Translations under genes and position numbers: made by a program
DNA from: Chrysomallon squamiferum
Lineage: Eukaryota > Animalia > Mollusca
Assembly: GCA_012295275.1 (NCBI GenBank)
Contig: CM022667.1
Location: forward strand, 13,392,001 to 13,456,000
Direction of reading: 5' to 3'
Length of the DNA: 64,000 bases
Shown here: positions 23,444-53,399 of the stretch, piece after piece
Position numbering within the stretch: position 1 is the stretch's first letter
Layout of the letters: each line of letters opens with the position of its first letter
The notes under the pieces: generated by a model
What the model was told of the DNA's origin: nothing
The model's database searches: none
What the model saw: only the letters and a program-made list of their open reading frames with translations

Positions 23444-23467
23444 TCACGTGACTATCATGCACGTGAC
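23444..23467 (+). promoter_or_regulatory. Tandem CLEAR-like E-boxes (TFEB/MITF type) upstream of cathepsin Z
   Basis: TCACGTGAC (23444-23452) and GCACGTGAC (23459-23467), about 160-180 bp before the ATG at 23626; the CLEAR consensus is GTCACGTGAC. Confidence 0.6.
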
Positions 23468-23625
23468 TGATTAACGTCTGCTATCATATGACAATCGAAA
23501 TTTCTCAATATAGTATCAATCCAGACGAAAGCTTTTGTATTTACAAAGAATTAAAAAAGAAGAAGAAGAAGAAGAAGAAGAAGAAGAAGAAGAAGAAGAA
23601 GGAAAATAAGATAGAAAATAAAAAG

Positions 23626-26781
<3,156 letters not shown>

Positions 26782-27163
26782 TGAACTGTTCGTTAGTTAC
26801 AGCGAGAAAAAGTTCTAACAGTTACTTGGCATTACTTTGTTGAACATACGTTCATTAGAGAGAATGAAAGATATAATAATTTAATGACATCACTTTTTTT
26901 TGTGTGAAATAATCGCACATACATACATGCATATATATACACTACATACATACATATAAATTTATATAGAGTGAATAATGTTTTAAAATAAAATAATGTT
27001 TATATATTTTGTGAATCGTGTTTATTTGAGTTTACATTTTATATAGGCAAACAACCTGTACCCATGGATCTATACATTTTGCAGAGAAATGGTGGAGAAA
27101 AATATTAACGAATTAAAAATAATTTTTTTATTAAAGGGATACAATGACGTCATCAAAAAAATA

Positions 27164-27216
<53 letters not shown>

Positions 27217-27571
27217 GAAGAAGAAGAAGAAGAAAATACTCGAAAGTTAATTGTTCCTTTCGCTTCAGTTAAACCGCTTCATGCATTTCGCACTTTCAGT
27301 TTATAAAAATAAAACCAAATTATCAATATTCAGCTTCGTTTCACGTTATGAAGCCCGGATTACATATCTTGCAAATCTGTATTTACATTTAGGTAGATTC
27401 GTTAAACGGCATTAGTGACAAATGAGAGGAAAGCGTTTTTGAATTTACGAACCACGCCTTCCCGTTGTCGTCTTTGCTGGTTATCACCTCAGTTTTAACA
27501 GCTATGGTCATTCCCTCTTTATAGATTTGTATTTTTAAATATTCGACAAAATGTTTTGCTCTTACCCCCCA

Positions 27572-27611
<40 letters not shown>

Positions 27612-27816
27612 CATATACAAATAATAATAATAATAAAAAATAATAAAAAATAAAAATGAAATGCTGTTGTTAGTACCACATATAAAAACGCTTCAGAGTT
27701 GCGTCCCTTCGTTTCAAGGTCATTATGTGGGAAATTTTAAAAGACGAAACAACAAATTGTACCCAAAAATAAAATAACAAGGAAAAAGTGTCACTATTAA
27801 TAATTCAGAAATATTT

Positions 27817-27847
<31 letters not shown>

Positions 27848-28716
27848 CGACTTCATGGCCACGTTCATAGAACGTTAGAAACGATGTTCGTGTAAGATAT
27901 TTTGATTTAGTGGCCCGCTGCGTTGAAGGCACTTTGCTAATATTCTTAGTCGTTTCTTTTCTTTTCCATTCTTTCTTTCTTTCTTACGTACTTTTGCCTA
28001 TATCTGAAAACTAAATGAATAAATAAATAAATAAATAAATCAAAGCCAAAGTTGTCAAAGAAATAGGTCAAGTTTAATCATCAGTAGCAGACAAGGTGTC
28101 TGGAATTTCTGATCTAATTTAAAGTACGCATGCGTAGCTCTTGATTAGAGTCTCCATGGATAGTAATTGATAGTCTAATCCGCCTTATGTTTTTCTTAAA
28201 CAAATTATATAATTAATATTTAAAAAGAAATAATGAGGGAAAATAACCACCCGAATGAAACACAAAATAAAAATTGCAGGTTATAACTCACATATTTTAT
28301 TTTACTCATCAATATAATTTTTTTGATAAATTGGTTAAATAAAACTATTAAATGTAAATTTTTGTGGTTTTATTACAGTATAAGAAAACACTGAGTTATT
28401 TGTAAGAATAATATTAATGAAAATGCTCTTTTAAGTACTTTCCAAAATATTCATATTATTTATACAAAATATACAAAATAACAAAACAAATACTTTATTC
28501 TAAGATATATATAATATTCCAGTTAGTTATAAACAGTTAATACGTTCAGTAATTTATTAGTTAACAATCAACAGAAATAGTTTGCCTATTTGTTTAATAA
28601 TCTTATATATATATATATATAACTTTCCTTCGTTTACATTAAAACAAAACCAAAAATAAACTTTGCATCTATCTTAAGATAGTAATTATTATTTTTCCCT
28701 TCCAGTTTATTTGTAT

Positions 28717-28760
<44 letters not shown>

Positions 28761-29015
28761 TAGATTCCTAAAACATGTTTTAGACTCGCCGAGAAATTAC
28801 TACAGAAAAGACTTCATGACGTCATTTGAGCTATTTCCGCTCATGTTTCGAATGATAAAATAAAATGACTTTGTCTAGATGAAAACAAAATGAGACAGAT
28901 ATTTGTTGTCTAGGTAAGGTTCTATAGGGCTCAAGGAATTAGTAACATCTGCCAATAATAATATTTAAAATAAAATAAATAAAATAAATCAACAAATATA
29001 ACAACTATAACAACA

Positions 29016-29101
<86 letters not shown>

Positions 29102-29357
29102 CATAATAATAATAATAATAATAACTGAAATAAAATAAATAAAATACATCACCAAGAACAACAGTAACAATATCAACATTAATAATAATCATAAGAATAA
29201 TAAAGATGAAAGGAAACACGGGTATCAGCACACTGATATAAACAAACACCTTTATCTACATAGACACACACAGATAGGTAGGATGCTGTTGTTGTTTTTT
29301 TATATATATATATTTTCATTAATATTTATTTTTGTAAAAATAGTCAACAATGTCGAC

Positions 29358-33655
<4,298 letters not shown>

Positions 33656-34291
33656 TGGGGTTTGTTTTTATGACGGAAATGAATTGAATTTGAACACTGA
33701 TGATGTTCGTTACAGGTGACAAGGAAGTGATGAGCAAATTAATTAACTAGAACTGATGAATTAATTTATTTAACCGGTTTATTTATTTATTTATTTATTT
33801 ATTTGTTTATTTATTATTAGTAGTATTATTTATTTATTTATTTATTTATTATTATTAGTAGTATTATTTATTTATTTATTTATTTATTCATATATTTATT
33901 TATTCAGATTATTATTTAATAATTTGAAAATTAGTTAAATCAGTTCTTTACAATGAATTTCTTTATAAAATCACTTTTAAATCCAATTCAATTTTTTGTG
34001 ACAGAAATTTTTGACAACCAACATGCTACATAAAAGATACAAAAAAAAAAAAAAAAAAAATAATAAAAAAAATTAAGAAAAATAAAAGTGAACAAGACAC
34101 TAAAATCTAGACATGGAGAGAATATGTTACTATATAAACCCTGAAATACCAGTTGGAATCTGATGTTTCTTCAATGACTGGAAGGGGCTAAATAATAATT
34201 AAGACATACATCCATTCATTTGTTGAGTGTATGGAAAATGATAACAGTATATATATATACATATATATATGTTTTGTGTATGTACAAGTGT

Positions 34292-34350
<59 letters not shown>

Positions 34351-34741
34351 GGTGTGTGTATCGCCTCTTCCTTTTTAGCTTGTTATCAATATATTTATGT
34401 CTGTAGGTGAGCATTTGACATATATTTTAACAATAACAGTAGTAGTAGTAATAATAATAGCAAAAACAGAGGCAGCAGCAGCAACAACAACAACAACAAC
34501 AACAACAATAATAATAATTAGTAGTTTTTCACTCGACAGTTTCTTACTCTGAATTGCAGAAGGCGCACAAGATAACATTTTAATAGTGCAGCTGGCGATT
34601 AATAAATAAATAAATAAATAAATAAATGTTGATCAGTAATATGACAATTTTTCTTCCTTTTCGTCTTCTTCTTCGTCGTCATTGGAATTTCTCTTTACTA
34701 TCGTTTCTTGTCCAGGTAAGGTTATTTCCACTTAAAAAAAG

Positions 34742-34775
<34 letters not shown>

Positions 34776-36024
34776 AATATATATATATTATTATTATTAT
34801 TATTATTTTCCATCTATGGCTGCAGTTGTTTATTTTTTTTTTTTTTTTTTTAAAAACAATAAAAAAGAAAACAAAAAACACCCCAAAACATTAATCAGAA
34901 TAAAATGTTTCCCTAAAAGTAGGACGTGGATTCTAATAATCATCATTATATTATTATTGTTGTTGTTGTTGTTGTTTACACGAATTAAAAAACATTCAGT
35001 TTTAGATGAATAAAGCAAACAACAACCAAAATAACTAAAAAAAACCCAAACAAGCATAACAAAAACAACAATAAAAAATGTGTGTGTGTGTATGTGTATA
35101 TATCAATGTATTAATAATAGTAATAAAAAATAATATATATATATATATATAATAAAAAAAATAAAAAAAAAATAAATAAATAACAGTGACAAAAAATACC
35201 AAAAATGGGAATGTTGTGCCATTCATCTTTATAAAGTTTCTGTCTGTCTGACAGTCTTTCAGTCCCTCTATCTATTTCCTGTATCTTTCTCTCTGTCTCT
35301 CTTTATGTTTGTGTATGTCTGTATAAAATTAAGTATTTCTCTTTTTACTGTTTAAGATAAGCATACATTTTTTTTTTTTAAATAACAACAAACAACCAAA
35401 ATATATATATGTATATATGTATATATATATATATATATATAAAAAAAAAAAATAATAAAAAAGATAAAAAGTGAATAAACAACAACAACAACATCAACAA
35501 AAATTGCCTATATATTTTTAATAATTATGTTTAAAGAAAACTTGTGTTTCCGTCTCAACGAAATATTATACTGAAATGACAACTCGAATGTGGAAAGAAA
35601 GTGAACAACGGTAACAAATAATATATTAAGTTTCATGACATAAAAATGAAACATAAATAAGAAACGAAAAATTCTATTATCTCAGAAATTTCAGTTTACT
35701 GTATAACTTACACACTGTGCAAATCCTGAAATTTTCGTCATGACAGAACAAACGCTTAGAAAGTTTCTGTATTATGACGTCAATCATGGTCGCCGACTTC
35801 CGGTGACGTTAAATTGGTTTCAAAATGGCCGAACACTTCTGAAGACATTTTCCTGTAATAGAAAATACAGGCTAAATGAAACATGTAAAAATATCCACGT
35901 AAGTTGGTAAAGTGAACTGTTTTGGTTTGTATACAATAAGAAAAAAAAAATATGTATCAATGAAACTGTAATAATATTAGTTTGCTGCCTTATCAATTTT
36001 TCTTATTCTAGATACCATCTCAGA

Positions 36025-43734
<7,710 letters not shown>

Positions 43735-43767
43735 ATGAAAGAGAATACGTTTGAATAATAACGTGTT

Positions 43768-43895
43768 TTATTACGAAACTACGTTATTTTTTTTTTACGT
43801 GTTTTGCTTTGACCTACGGTATGCTTTAATGTATGGGCGTTAAAGCATTCCGTAGGTCAAAACGAAACGTAAAAGATAACGTAGTTTCGTAATAA
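43768..43895. repeat. ~128-nt near-perfect inverted repeat (hairpin) just 3' of the gene B stop
   Basis: TTATTACGAAACTACGTTAT...TTTGACCTACGGTATGCTTTAA, short loop, then TTAAAGCATTCCGTAGGTCAAA...ATAACGTAGTTTCGTAATAA. Confidence 0.9.
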
Positions 43896-44660
43896 TTTTG
43901 TTATGATTTACGTTACAGTTTAAGCAATGACGTATTTTATTCTGATGCTTTAACCAATGCCCTGTGTTGTTATGATTTACGTTACGGTTTACGTAATGAC
44001 CTGTTATGACGTATATTATGGTTTAATCAACCTACATTATACTTTAAGCAATGTCATGTGTTGTTATAATGTATGTTATGGTTTAAGGACTGACCTGTTA
44101 TGATGTATATTATGGTTTAATCAACCTACATTATACTTCAAGCAATGATGTGTTTTGTTATGATTTATGTTATGGTTTAAGTAATGACATATGTTACAAT
44201 ATGTTTAGCGTTTAAATATTCGTATGTTCTAGTGAAGGTTACACACCGTTTCAATATCGCGTGTTTTAGTTTTGTGTTACATAGTATTTAATAGTAGTAA
44301 TATTAGTTAGCGTTTTAATATCACGTGTTTAAATTTCGTTTACACGGCGTTTAAATAACGACTTATTTTAGTACTGTTTTTGTAGCGTTTAAATATCAAA
44401 TGTCCTAATATTGATTAATGTTTAAATGAAAACGTATGAATTTGCGTTTAAATGCAACGTATTTAGTATCGATTAGATAGCATTTAAATAATCACGTATG
44501 TTAGTACGGGTTAGATAGCGTTTAAATGTCACGAGTTTTAATATCGGTTAGCATTAAAATAACAATCACGTGTTTTAGTATGAGTTAGAATTTTAAATGA
44601 CACGTTTGTAAATAATTTTAATACGGATTAGACAGCGTTTACATAGTCACGTGATTTTTG
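43896..44660 (+). repeat. Two adjacent degenerate minisatellites (~30-40-bp units)
   Basis: Recurrent TTGTTATGATTTA(C/T)GTTA..GTTTAAGCAATGAC (43900-44200) and GCGTTTAAATATCACGTGTTTTAGT-like units (44200-44660). Confidence 0.7.
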
Positions 44661-44696
44661 TTTGTTTTTTGTTTGCACAGGTTAGACCAATACACG

Positions 44697-44727
<31 letters not shown>

Positions 44728-44747
44728 GAACTTATTATATATATTAA

Positions 44748-44820
<73 letters not shown>

Positions 44821-45237
44821 TTCTTCTCGCTCTCTCTTTGTTTTCTGGTTTTTTTTTTCCATTTATTTTCTTCAGATTTTAACAATGCCAATAAAAATGT
44901 TAAAAAATAAAAATGCACAGTTTTATTATTATCTAGTTTTTATTGTGTTTCGTTTTCATTTGCTGAGTTTTAGGGCTTTCTTGGAATCAGGTATGAATAT
45001 TAATATCTTAAGCTGTGATGGTAACAACTGACTTTATTATTATTGTTATTATTATTATTATTTAAATTAAAAATATAGACATATATATAAAACAAAAATT
45101 GATAATATTTTTTTTTTTTTTTTGAAAATCTTACATATCGGGTAAATACAAAAATAGATTTACACACAAATACTCCAGTGATGTAACTAATTTGAATTTC
45201 TATATCGTTCACATCAGTTAAAATTTTCTTGCATACT

Positions 45238-45488
45238 GTCAGACTGCTTTTTTCACAGATAAATTGGCGAGTACAACTGCAAGGTCGGTTCATCCATACG
45301 TGTCTGTCCACAAAAAACAAAAAATAATAATAAAATAAATAAAAATAAAAGTTTTCTATCCCTCAAAAAGTATTTGGCTGAATCGGATCCCAAGCTGCAA
45401 AGTCGACTTTTTCACCATTCTCCCAGACAGACGTTCCACCCATTTAACCATTCGTATTTGTTAGGCTTTATATTTTGTTTGCATCCTC
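45238..45488 (-). pseudogene. Degraded terminal exon of a C-type lectin
   Basis: Reverse strand reads ..VWENGEKVDFAAWDPIQPNTF*GIENF[AT-rich insertion]..WMNRPCSCTRQFICEKS, with in-frame TAA/TGA stops; no upstream exons seen. Confidence 0.75.
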
Positions 45489-45922
45489 TGTAACTACATA
45501 CACTTGCGTAAACTGTAACTTTAACGAATCAGAAAAAAAAAAAAAAAAAAAAAAAAAAGTACCTTTAATGAAAGATCCTCTTTTGTTTGTGTCAGTTTTT
45601 TAGTTAAATGTTACGTTTTTGCAAAACAGGATAAATTCTACTGACACGTTGACAATACATGTTAGTGTTCTAATTCAGATGAAAATTAAAACAGTAGTAG
45701 TAGTTAACAATCAACACTAATAATGATGATGATTATATCAGTAGTAAGATTATTAACAACAACGACGAAGAAAATGATGATGATAGTAGTAGTGGTAAGT
45801 TATAAAAATGTAAAATTGCACAGGAGTTATGGTAACCAGTATATGTAAATAATAAGTAATGTAACAAAGCAAAACTTCTGTCCAAACAGTCTATATTTGT
45901 TTCATAATATCGCTTCATCTTA

Positions 45923-45958
<36 letters not shown>

Positions 45959-45999
45959 TACATACGTACATACACATATATATATATATATATACATAC

Positions 46000-46030
<31 letters not shown>

Positions 46031-46094
46031 CATACATGCATACATACATACATATATACATAAATATATACATACATATATACATATATATATA

Positions 46095-46142
<48 letters not shown>

Positions 46143-47645
46143 CATATACATAAACACACATATATACCTATATACAAACACACATATACACACACACACA
46201 CATGCACACTGGTCATTAAAATAATAATAATTAATAATAATAATAATAAATGATGATAACAACAACAACAACAACAATAATAATCATAATGATAATATTA
46301 GAATATTATTATTATCATACAACCATGATGATTAGGATAATAAATAAATAAATATATAAATAATCTCTGGTCATTAAACTATGTAAATGACTCGTAAATA
46401 GATAGTTTATTTTTATTATTTATTTATTGTTGTTATTGTTTTCTTTTGCTGCAGATGTTGTTGTTTTTGTATAAGTGAAACTTTTACAGGTCATAACGTC
46501 AGTGTGAAATCAAAATATTTTAGCTGGAAATGAAAACATCAGTTTATATTTTATGTTTTTAAAAAAGATGATGATATATTTTTGGTAACACACACACACA
46601 CACACACGTACACACACTTATTGTTGTTATCACGAACACAGACAGATACAAAACCTTGACTACTGATGTTATATGAACAAATAAAAGTAACGTATGTATG
46701 TAAACAAAAAGTCCATTTTGAATTAATTAAAATTTGCAAATGACATTTATGTTCTTCTGATTACGTAACGTGTTTTTGCTGTGAATAATATTTACATGTT
46801 CGTTTGAATAATTTAAATATCATTGCGCATTAACCAAAATAAACCTCTGTTTGAAAAAAGAGAGAGGAACAGCGACTGGTTTTACGTGATTTACACAAAT
46901 TGCTGGTTTAGTATCTGCTCTAACAGTACTGGTCGTAGTGGAAAAAGAAATTATGGAGTAAGTGTAATAATTTCATCATTAATGGAAAAAGCCAGTTTAA
47001 TTATAACGGGTTACTCTGTCACCACGATAAAGATCGGAATATTGATGTTTTACGTAATAACATATCGAGTCTGTGAGTGTGTGAAGAGAGAGGGGAACTT
47101 GGATAGATGGATGGATAGATAATCAGCTAGATACTTGTACACACACACATATAGGCAGATAGATTAAACAGAGAGAGATAGAGAGATTTATAGATATATA
47201 CAAATATATTCATTCATATTAACATACATACATGGACAGACAGACAGACAGACAGACGTATTTATATTGATAAATTTATATACGTTCATATCCTGCTTTT
47301 GGGTAAAGTTGGATAAAAATATCTCTCTGTTGCTAAGAAAAAACAAATATGCAAAAACAACAACAAAAACAACAAAAAACAACAACAACAACAAATAAAT
47401 AAATAAATAAATAAATAAAAATAGACAATGATATATTCTGAAAAATTCAAAAATAATTTTTATTGTTTCTTTATATGTTTCTCGCTATCTTTAGACTCGA
47501 GCATAACATTTATCTCTTTGTCTATTATGTCGGCTTATTCGCCAATAATTTCCCTGAAGGTCCAACTGAAAAGATCTGTGAAAGAGAATACTGCAAAAAA
47601 CAAAGTTTGTAAGTTGAATGTGTCATATATATTGCTATTAAATAT

Positions 47646-47684
<39 letters not shown>

Positions 47685-47748
47685 TTAGTATGTTTGTTTA
47701 TTCTTTCGTTTGTTTGTTTAGTTAGTTATTACTACTTTTGTTATTGTT

Positions 47749-47779
<31 letters not shown>

Positions 47780-47906
47780 ATACCAACAACATTATCATGA
47801 TCTTTATAATCATCATCATCAGTATTTCAACATTTTTATTTTATTATTGTTGTTATATTTACTGTTATCACTGTTATGACTAACGATGATGATGATGATG
47901 ATGATG

Positions 47907-47953
<47 letters not shown>

Positions 47954-48510
47954 TGTTGTTGTTGTTGTTGTTATTACCTTTAGTTATACTAGAGAGGGTG
48001 AAAAATGTCAGCAATTTTGTTCAAGGGTAAACTTCTCCATTACTTATGTTGGTGTTGCTACTATTACTACTGCTACTACTACTACTGCTACTACTACTAC
48101 TACTACTACTACCACTACCATTACCACTACTACTACAACTAATGTTACTCCTACTACTACCACTACTACTACAACAACTGATACAACTTTTCTCTATTAC
48201 TACTGTTAATCCTACTATTATTATTATTATTACCAATACTGTTATCCACTGCTGTCATTTCTGCTACGTCCAATACTAATACTGCTGCTACTATTAACAC
48301 TACGTCAACTATTACTGTTAACAACGTTACTACTACCACCACTACTGCACCATTACTGTTATTATTACTAGTACAAACATTACTACTGCTGCCACACTTG
48401 TTTTACCGCTACTAGTACTAGTACTAATGCTAATACTATAACAAAAATCAGTGATACAAACGCTATGTTTCGTTTTTCAGCTTGTTCCTGCAACAAAAAG
48501 TCTGTTGGTA

Positions 48511-48564
<54 letters not shown>

Positions 48565-49216
48565 TTAGTTTTTTTTATCTATACTATTTGAGACACATTT
48601 CTATTATTATTTTAATATTTATTATGCTACTGCTACTACTATCACACTCCTACTACTACTATGGCAACCACCACTACTATTACTGCTGTTGCTGCTATTA
48701 CTACTATTACTACTATTATTCTCCTCTCTCTGCCACTATTACAACAACAACTGCTGTTACCACTACGACGACAAAACATCTATTATTACTGACTTCTGCT
48801 ACCATTACTATTACTAATAATTCCGCTGACACCAGTTTCAGTTATATAGACAAAAACACTGTACATAGCCATGTGACAGAATTATTATGATTATGATTAT
48901 GATTATTATTATTATTATTAATTTATTTTTATTTGTATTATTGTTATCATTATGACTGATATTGTTATTGCTTTTATTATTGTTGTTGTTGTTGTTCTTC
49001 CAATGATTATTATTATTATTATTACAATATTTTCACTCAAATATGTACGTTATAGCTTGTAATTAGAATATGTTCACTTCTATCTTGATTCCAAATTTCA
49101 GGAAATAACGATATAAAACAAGGACATATCTGAAAGAGTATTTCGAGACCGCTTCAAATAATAATAATAATATTTATTATGATTATTATTAATATTATTA
49201 TTATTATTATTAATAT

Positions 49217-49257
<41 letters not shown>

Positions 49258-49310
49258 TTACTACAACTACCACTAGATAATCGATTATCTATTATAAGCA
49301 ACTATTAAAC

Positions 49311-50855
49311 AGTAATGACCACTATCTCTGATAACTGTGGCTTCAAAAAAAAAATTAAAAAATAAATAAAATAAAAATCTAAATACTTCAAATATGCTGA
49401 ACAAATGAAAAACAGCTAATAACAGCTCGTCTGTGTTTCTGTGTGTCTGTCTATCGATGTTGTTGAAAGAATCCAAGCTATAAACAAGTTAAATACTTTT
49501 CAGTCCACTCACACGAAGCGTATCTATCGCTATTCAAATCAAAAATGAAATATTTATAACAAGAATAAACATATAGCGAGCACAAGGGAGGTAATACGAA
49601 GAAAATAACAGATGAACCGATTACAACTATACAGTTTCTATTATACTTGATACTGACAATTCAACCAAAACCTTTGTTTCCTCCACACATAATTAAATAT
49701 TCACTTCTAAAGGGAGAGGAAAAACACTAATACTTCTACTACCACTACTACTATTACTGCTGCTGCTCCTACTATTTGTGTTAGTGTTATCGCTACTACT
49801 ACTACTGCTACTACTCCTACTACTTGTGTTAGTGTTATCGCTACTACTACTGGTTCTGCTATTTACGTCACTGCTTCTGTTACTGCCACAAAACATTAAA
49901 TAAATTTCATTTTCCCAGAGGAAACAATCCTGGTCGTCTGTGAATATTTAATAATATTTTGTCACTTGAAACGATTATTATCAAGAAAATAATTGTTTCA
50001 ACATTTCACACATCAGTTATATTTCTGGATTTGTTGATTTTTTTCTTTTGAAAGTTCAGTTTACTGCTTAATCTTTGCTTTATGATTAACGTTCGTAGTA
50101 GTAGCGTGAATAATAGAAGTACAAACAATTAAGTAAGCATTATAAATATTAGTAACAGTAACGTAATTAGTAGTGGCGGTAACAGAAGCAGTGACGTAAA
50201 TAGCAGAACCAGTAGTAGTAGCGATAACAGTAACGCAAGTAGTAGCAGTAGTAGTAGTAGCGATAACACTAACACAAGTAGTAAGAGTAGTAAGTAGTAT
50301 AACAATAACGTAATTAGAAGTAGTAGAAGTAGTGATAGTGGTGTAGTAGTTGTAGTAGCAGCAGCAGTAATAGTAGTAGTAGTAGTAGAAGTATTAGTGT
50401 TTTTTTCTCTCCCTTTAGAAGTGAATATTTAATTATGTGTGAACGAATCAAAGGTTTTGGTTGAATTGTCAGTATCAAGTATAACAGAAGCAGTACAGTT
50501 GTAATCGGTTCATCTGTTATTTTCTTCATATTACCTCCCTTGTGCTCGCTATATGTTTATTCTTGTTATAAATATTTCATTTTTGATTTGAATATAGATA
50601 GATACGCTTCGTGTGAGTGGACTGAAAAGTATTTAACTTGTTTATAGCTTGGATTCTTTCAACAACATCGGTAGACAGACACACAGAAACACAGACGTGC
50701 TATTATTAGATGTTTTTCATTTATTCAGTACATTTGAAAGTGCTCACCACTTAGATGTATTTTAAACTGATAGTATTTCTCTCTTTTTTTATCCTTTTTT
50801 TTTTTTTTCTTTTTTTTTTTCTGAAGCCACAGTGATCAGAGCTGGTAATCATTAC
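49311..50855. repeat. Large inverted duplication (arms ~49311-49889 and ~50173-50855, spacer ~285 bp)
   Basis: For example GTTGAAAGAATCCAAGCTATAAACAAGTTAAATACTTTTCAGTCCACTCACACGAAGCGTATCTATC (~49462-49528) has its reverse complement at ~50598-50664; similarity is collinear along both arms. Confidence 0.92.
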
Positions 50856-51487
50856 AACGTTGATTATTTTTTATATACTAATTTTAACAAGATATTGTGT
50901 TTTATTTGTTCCTTTCGAGTTTTTATTTTTATTATAAAAAGAACATCCCACCTTTTGATCTAATTTGTTTGATCTTTTACTAGCAACTGCTGCAGCAGTG
51001 GTAGTATTAGTATTAGTAGTAGTAGTGCATTCTTTTATTATTATTATTAGTAGTAGTAGTAGTAGTACTAGTATTAGTATCATGATGATAATGATGATCA
51101 TATGGGCGGCTGACGTTGTTGTTGTGGTTGTTGTTATATTATTATTATTATCAGTAGTAGTAGTAGTAGTATTCATGGACAAGGTTTCGAAACCCATATT
51201 ACAATAACAGGGCTACTGATGATGTCAAGAAATATAACATGTACAATGTAGTGAACTGTTAAACAAATAGAACACGGGTAACATACTGAGGTGTTGAAGA
51301 ACTGGAATATTAATAATGTTTAATATATTAACTGGACGAACAGATACATTATATTGATAGTTTAAATGGTGTATTATGACAGGACAGAAATACAAGTAAG
51401 AATAACTAAACACTTTATTGATACGTTTCTGTCAAGTATAAGTGGGAGAATGGTGGACAATATACAAGAGGAAAATTTGACTATACA

Positions 51488-51940
51488 AAACAGTTTCTGA
51501 AGCACGTGACACCTGCAGTCAGATAGGTTGAAGACTGATTGTACTGGACTCAGAAGAGAAAAAAACAGCTGTTGGTGACTACATCAAAACAAACATAGAC
51601 ACGAACTTATACATTTACAAACAACTGCTACTTCATCTACTGTACAGCAACACCCCTCCAATCACTACCACTAGTAAACTACTGCTACTACTACTGCTAC
51701 ACACTGTTATTTGTCATACGTTTTAGGTACTATGGGTTTTTATACAAATCTAACAGTAATAAAAGGTGGAAAACAATTTTGTTTGGGAGAATGGACAAAA
51801 CGTCCATCTTGAAAAATAGGACAACAATGAATCAAATAACTACCTGGAAGATTGCGCGATATTAATTCCAATAAGCAAAGTGTGGTATGACATTAACTGT
51901 ATATACTTTCAGTAAATATAGATTTGTGAAAAACCGTTGT
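51488..51940 (+). pseudogene. C-type lectin pseudogene fragment (last two exons)
   Basis: KTVSEARDTCSQIG*RLIVLDSEEKKTAVGDYIKTNI (in-frame TGA; donor GT mutated to AC), then a frameshifted exon with FVWENGQNV..NYLEDCAILIPISKVWYDINC..ICEK. Close paralog of the 62967-63152 exon. Confidence 0.85.
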
Positions 51941-52414
51941 TAAAGTCACATGATATTTGTTGAATAAACAAACAAAAAATTAAATTTATTTATATATTTG
52001 TTTGTTTTATCTATACGTCCATGCAATTAAAAAAATGAAAAATGTAATTATCATTATCACCAACCTGTCATTCATTCATTTCTTGATTCTTTCATTCGTC
52101 TTTTAACAAAATAAAATAAAAACTGTATTAAATTCACTCAGCATTGTTGAGTACACCACAACAAACTGAAACTGTTCAGAATTCAGTACTAAGACTGCAA
52201 GCAAACTGTACAGAAATAAGCGAATGTCACAAATACAAACAGAAACTGAACAACAAAAATACAACTAAAGAAGAATTGTTTTTCAGTTTATTTATTTAAC
52301 TGACCTGCATTACAATTATCATATAAGTCGAAGAAAATCTGCTTGAAGATATGATTTTTTATTTTTCTATTTTATTATTTTTTTTTTGTTGCTCGTCAGG
52401 TTCTTACGATTAAT

Positions 52415-53336
52415 TTAGAGGTTTTCACATATGTATTTGAAATGTCTTTGACAACGAACATCTGCCCATTTGCTATAACCAGAATAAAATATAGTGCAGT
52501 CTTCAAAATCGGAATTATCAGGTTCATTTTCATTCCAGTTTGTATAAATGGCTTTTTCGCCATTCTCCCACACATACGTTTTCTCCTCAACTTCATCAGT
52601 TAATCCGATGTAAAACTTGTCGAAATTTGACCCTGTAAAACAAATGAATGTAAATGTAGTAATAGTAATAGCAGTAGTAGCGGTGGTATAGAAGTAACAA
52701 TAGCGATGAAGCAGCAATAGTAGAGACAGATGCAGGAAAACAAGTAGAAGTGGAAGCAGTGTTAACAGTAACAGTAGCAGAGCTAGTAAGTAGTATTGTT
52801 GTAGTGGGAGTAGTTACTAAAAAGCATTCTCTGCAGAGCTTTCCAAAGTGAATAACTGCCAGGGAAAGTATAGTTTTTGTTCATGAAATTTGAGGCAGAA
52901 TGAAATTGTGTTTGCTTCAAATTTATTTTTGTTAACAGACAAAATCTGCTGATGTAGGTTTATCGGGTCATACTGCTATCTGATATCGTTAGAGTATGTG
53001 GTCCAAAGTCATAAGTGCATAGCATGGGGACAGTATTGCGAGGTGAATTTGTATATATTTAAATAGACAGGATTGGAAGTGAGACATTTTGTCGAGATAC
53101 CAATAGTGATTATAAAGATATATAACTGCAGTAATACCTGTGGTAGTAGTTTTCGTATTTATAGCAGTAACAATTGTAGCAGTAAAGGTAGTAGTAGTAA
53201 TACTAATTGTAGTAGAAGCAACAAAAGTGACAGACAAAGTAGTAGTAGTAGCAGTAGCAGTGGCAGTTATTGTTGTCGTAGTAGTTGTAGTAGTAATAGT
53301 AATACTACTGATCAAATGAAACAAACACAAAAAAAA

Positions 53337-53399
<63 letters not shown>

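Noticed and set aside
44646-44655. CLEAR-like GTCACGTGAT
   Set aside because: Part of a degenerate minisatellite rich in TCACGTG variants and not near a gene start.
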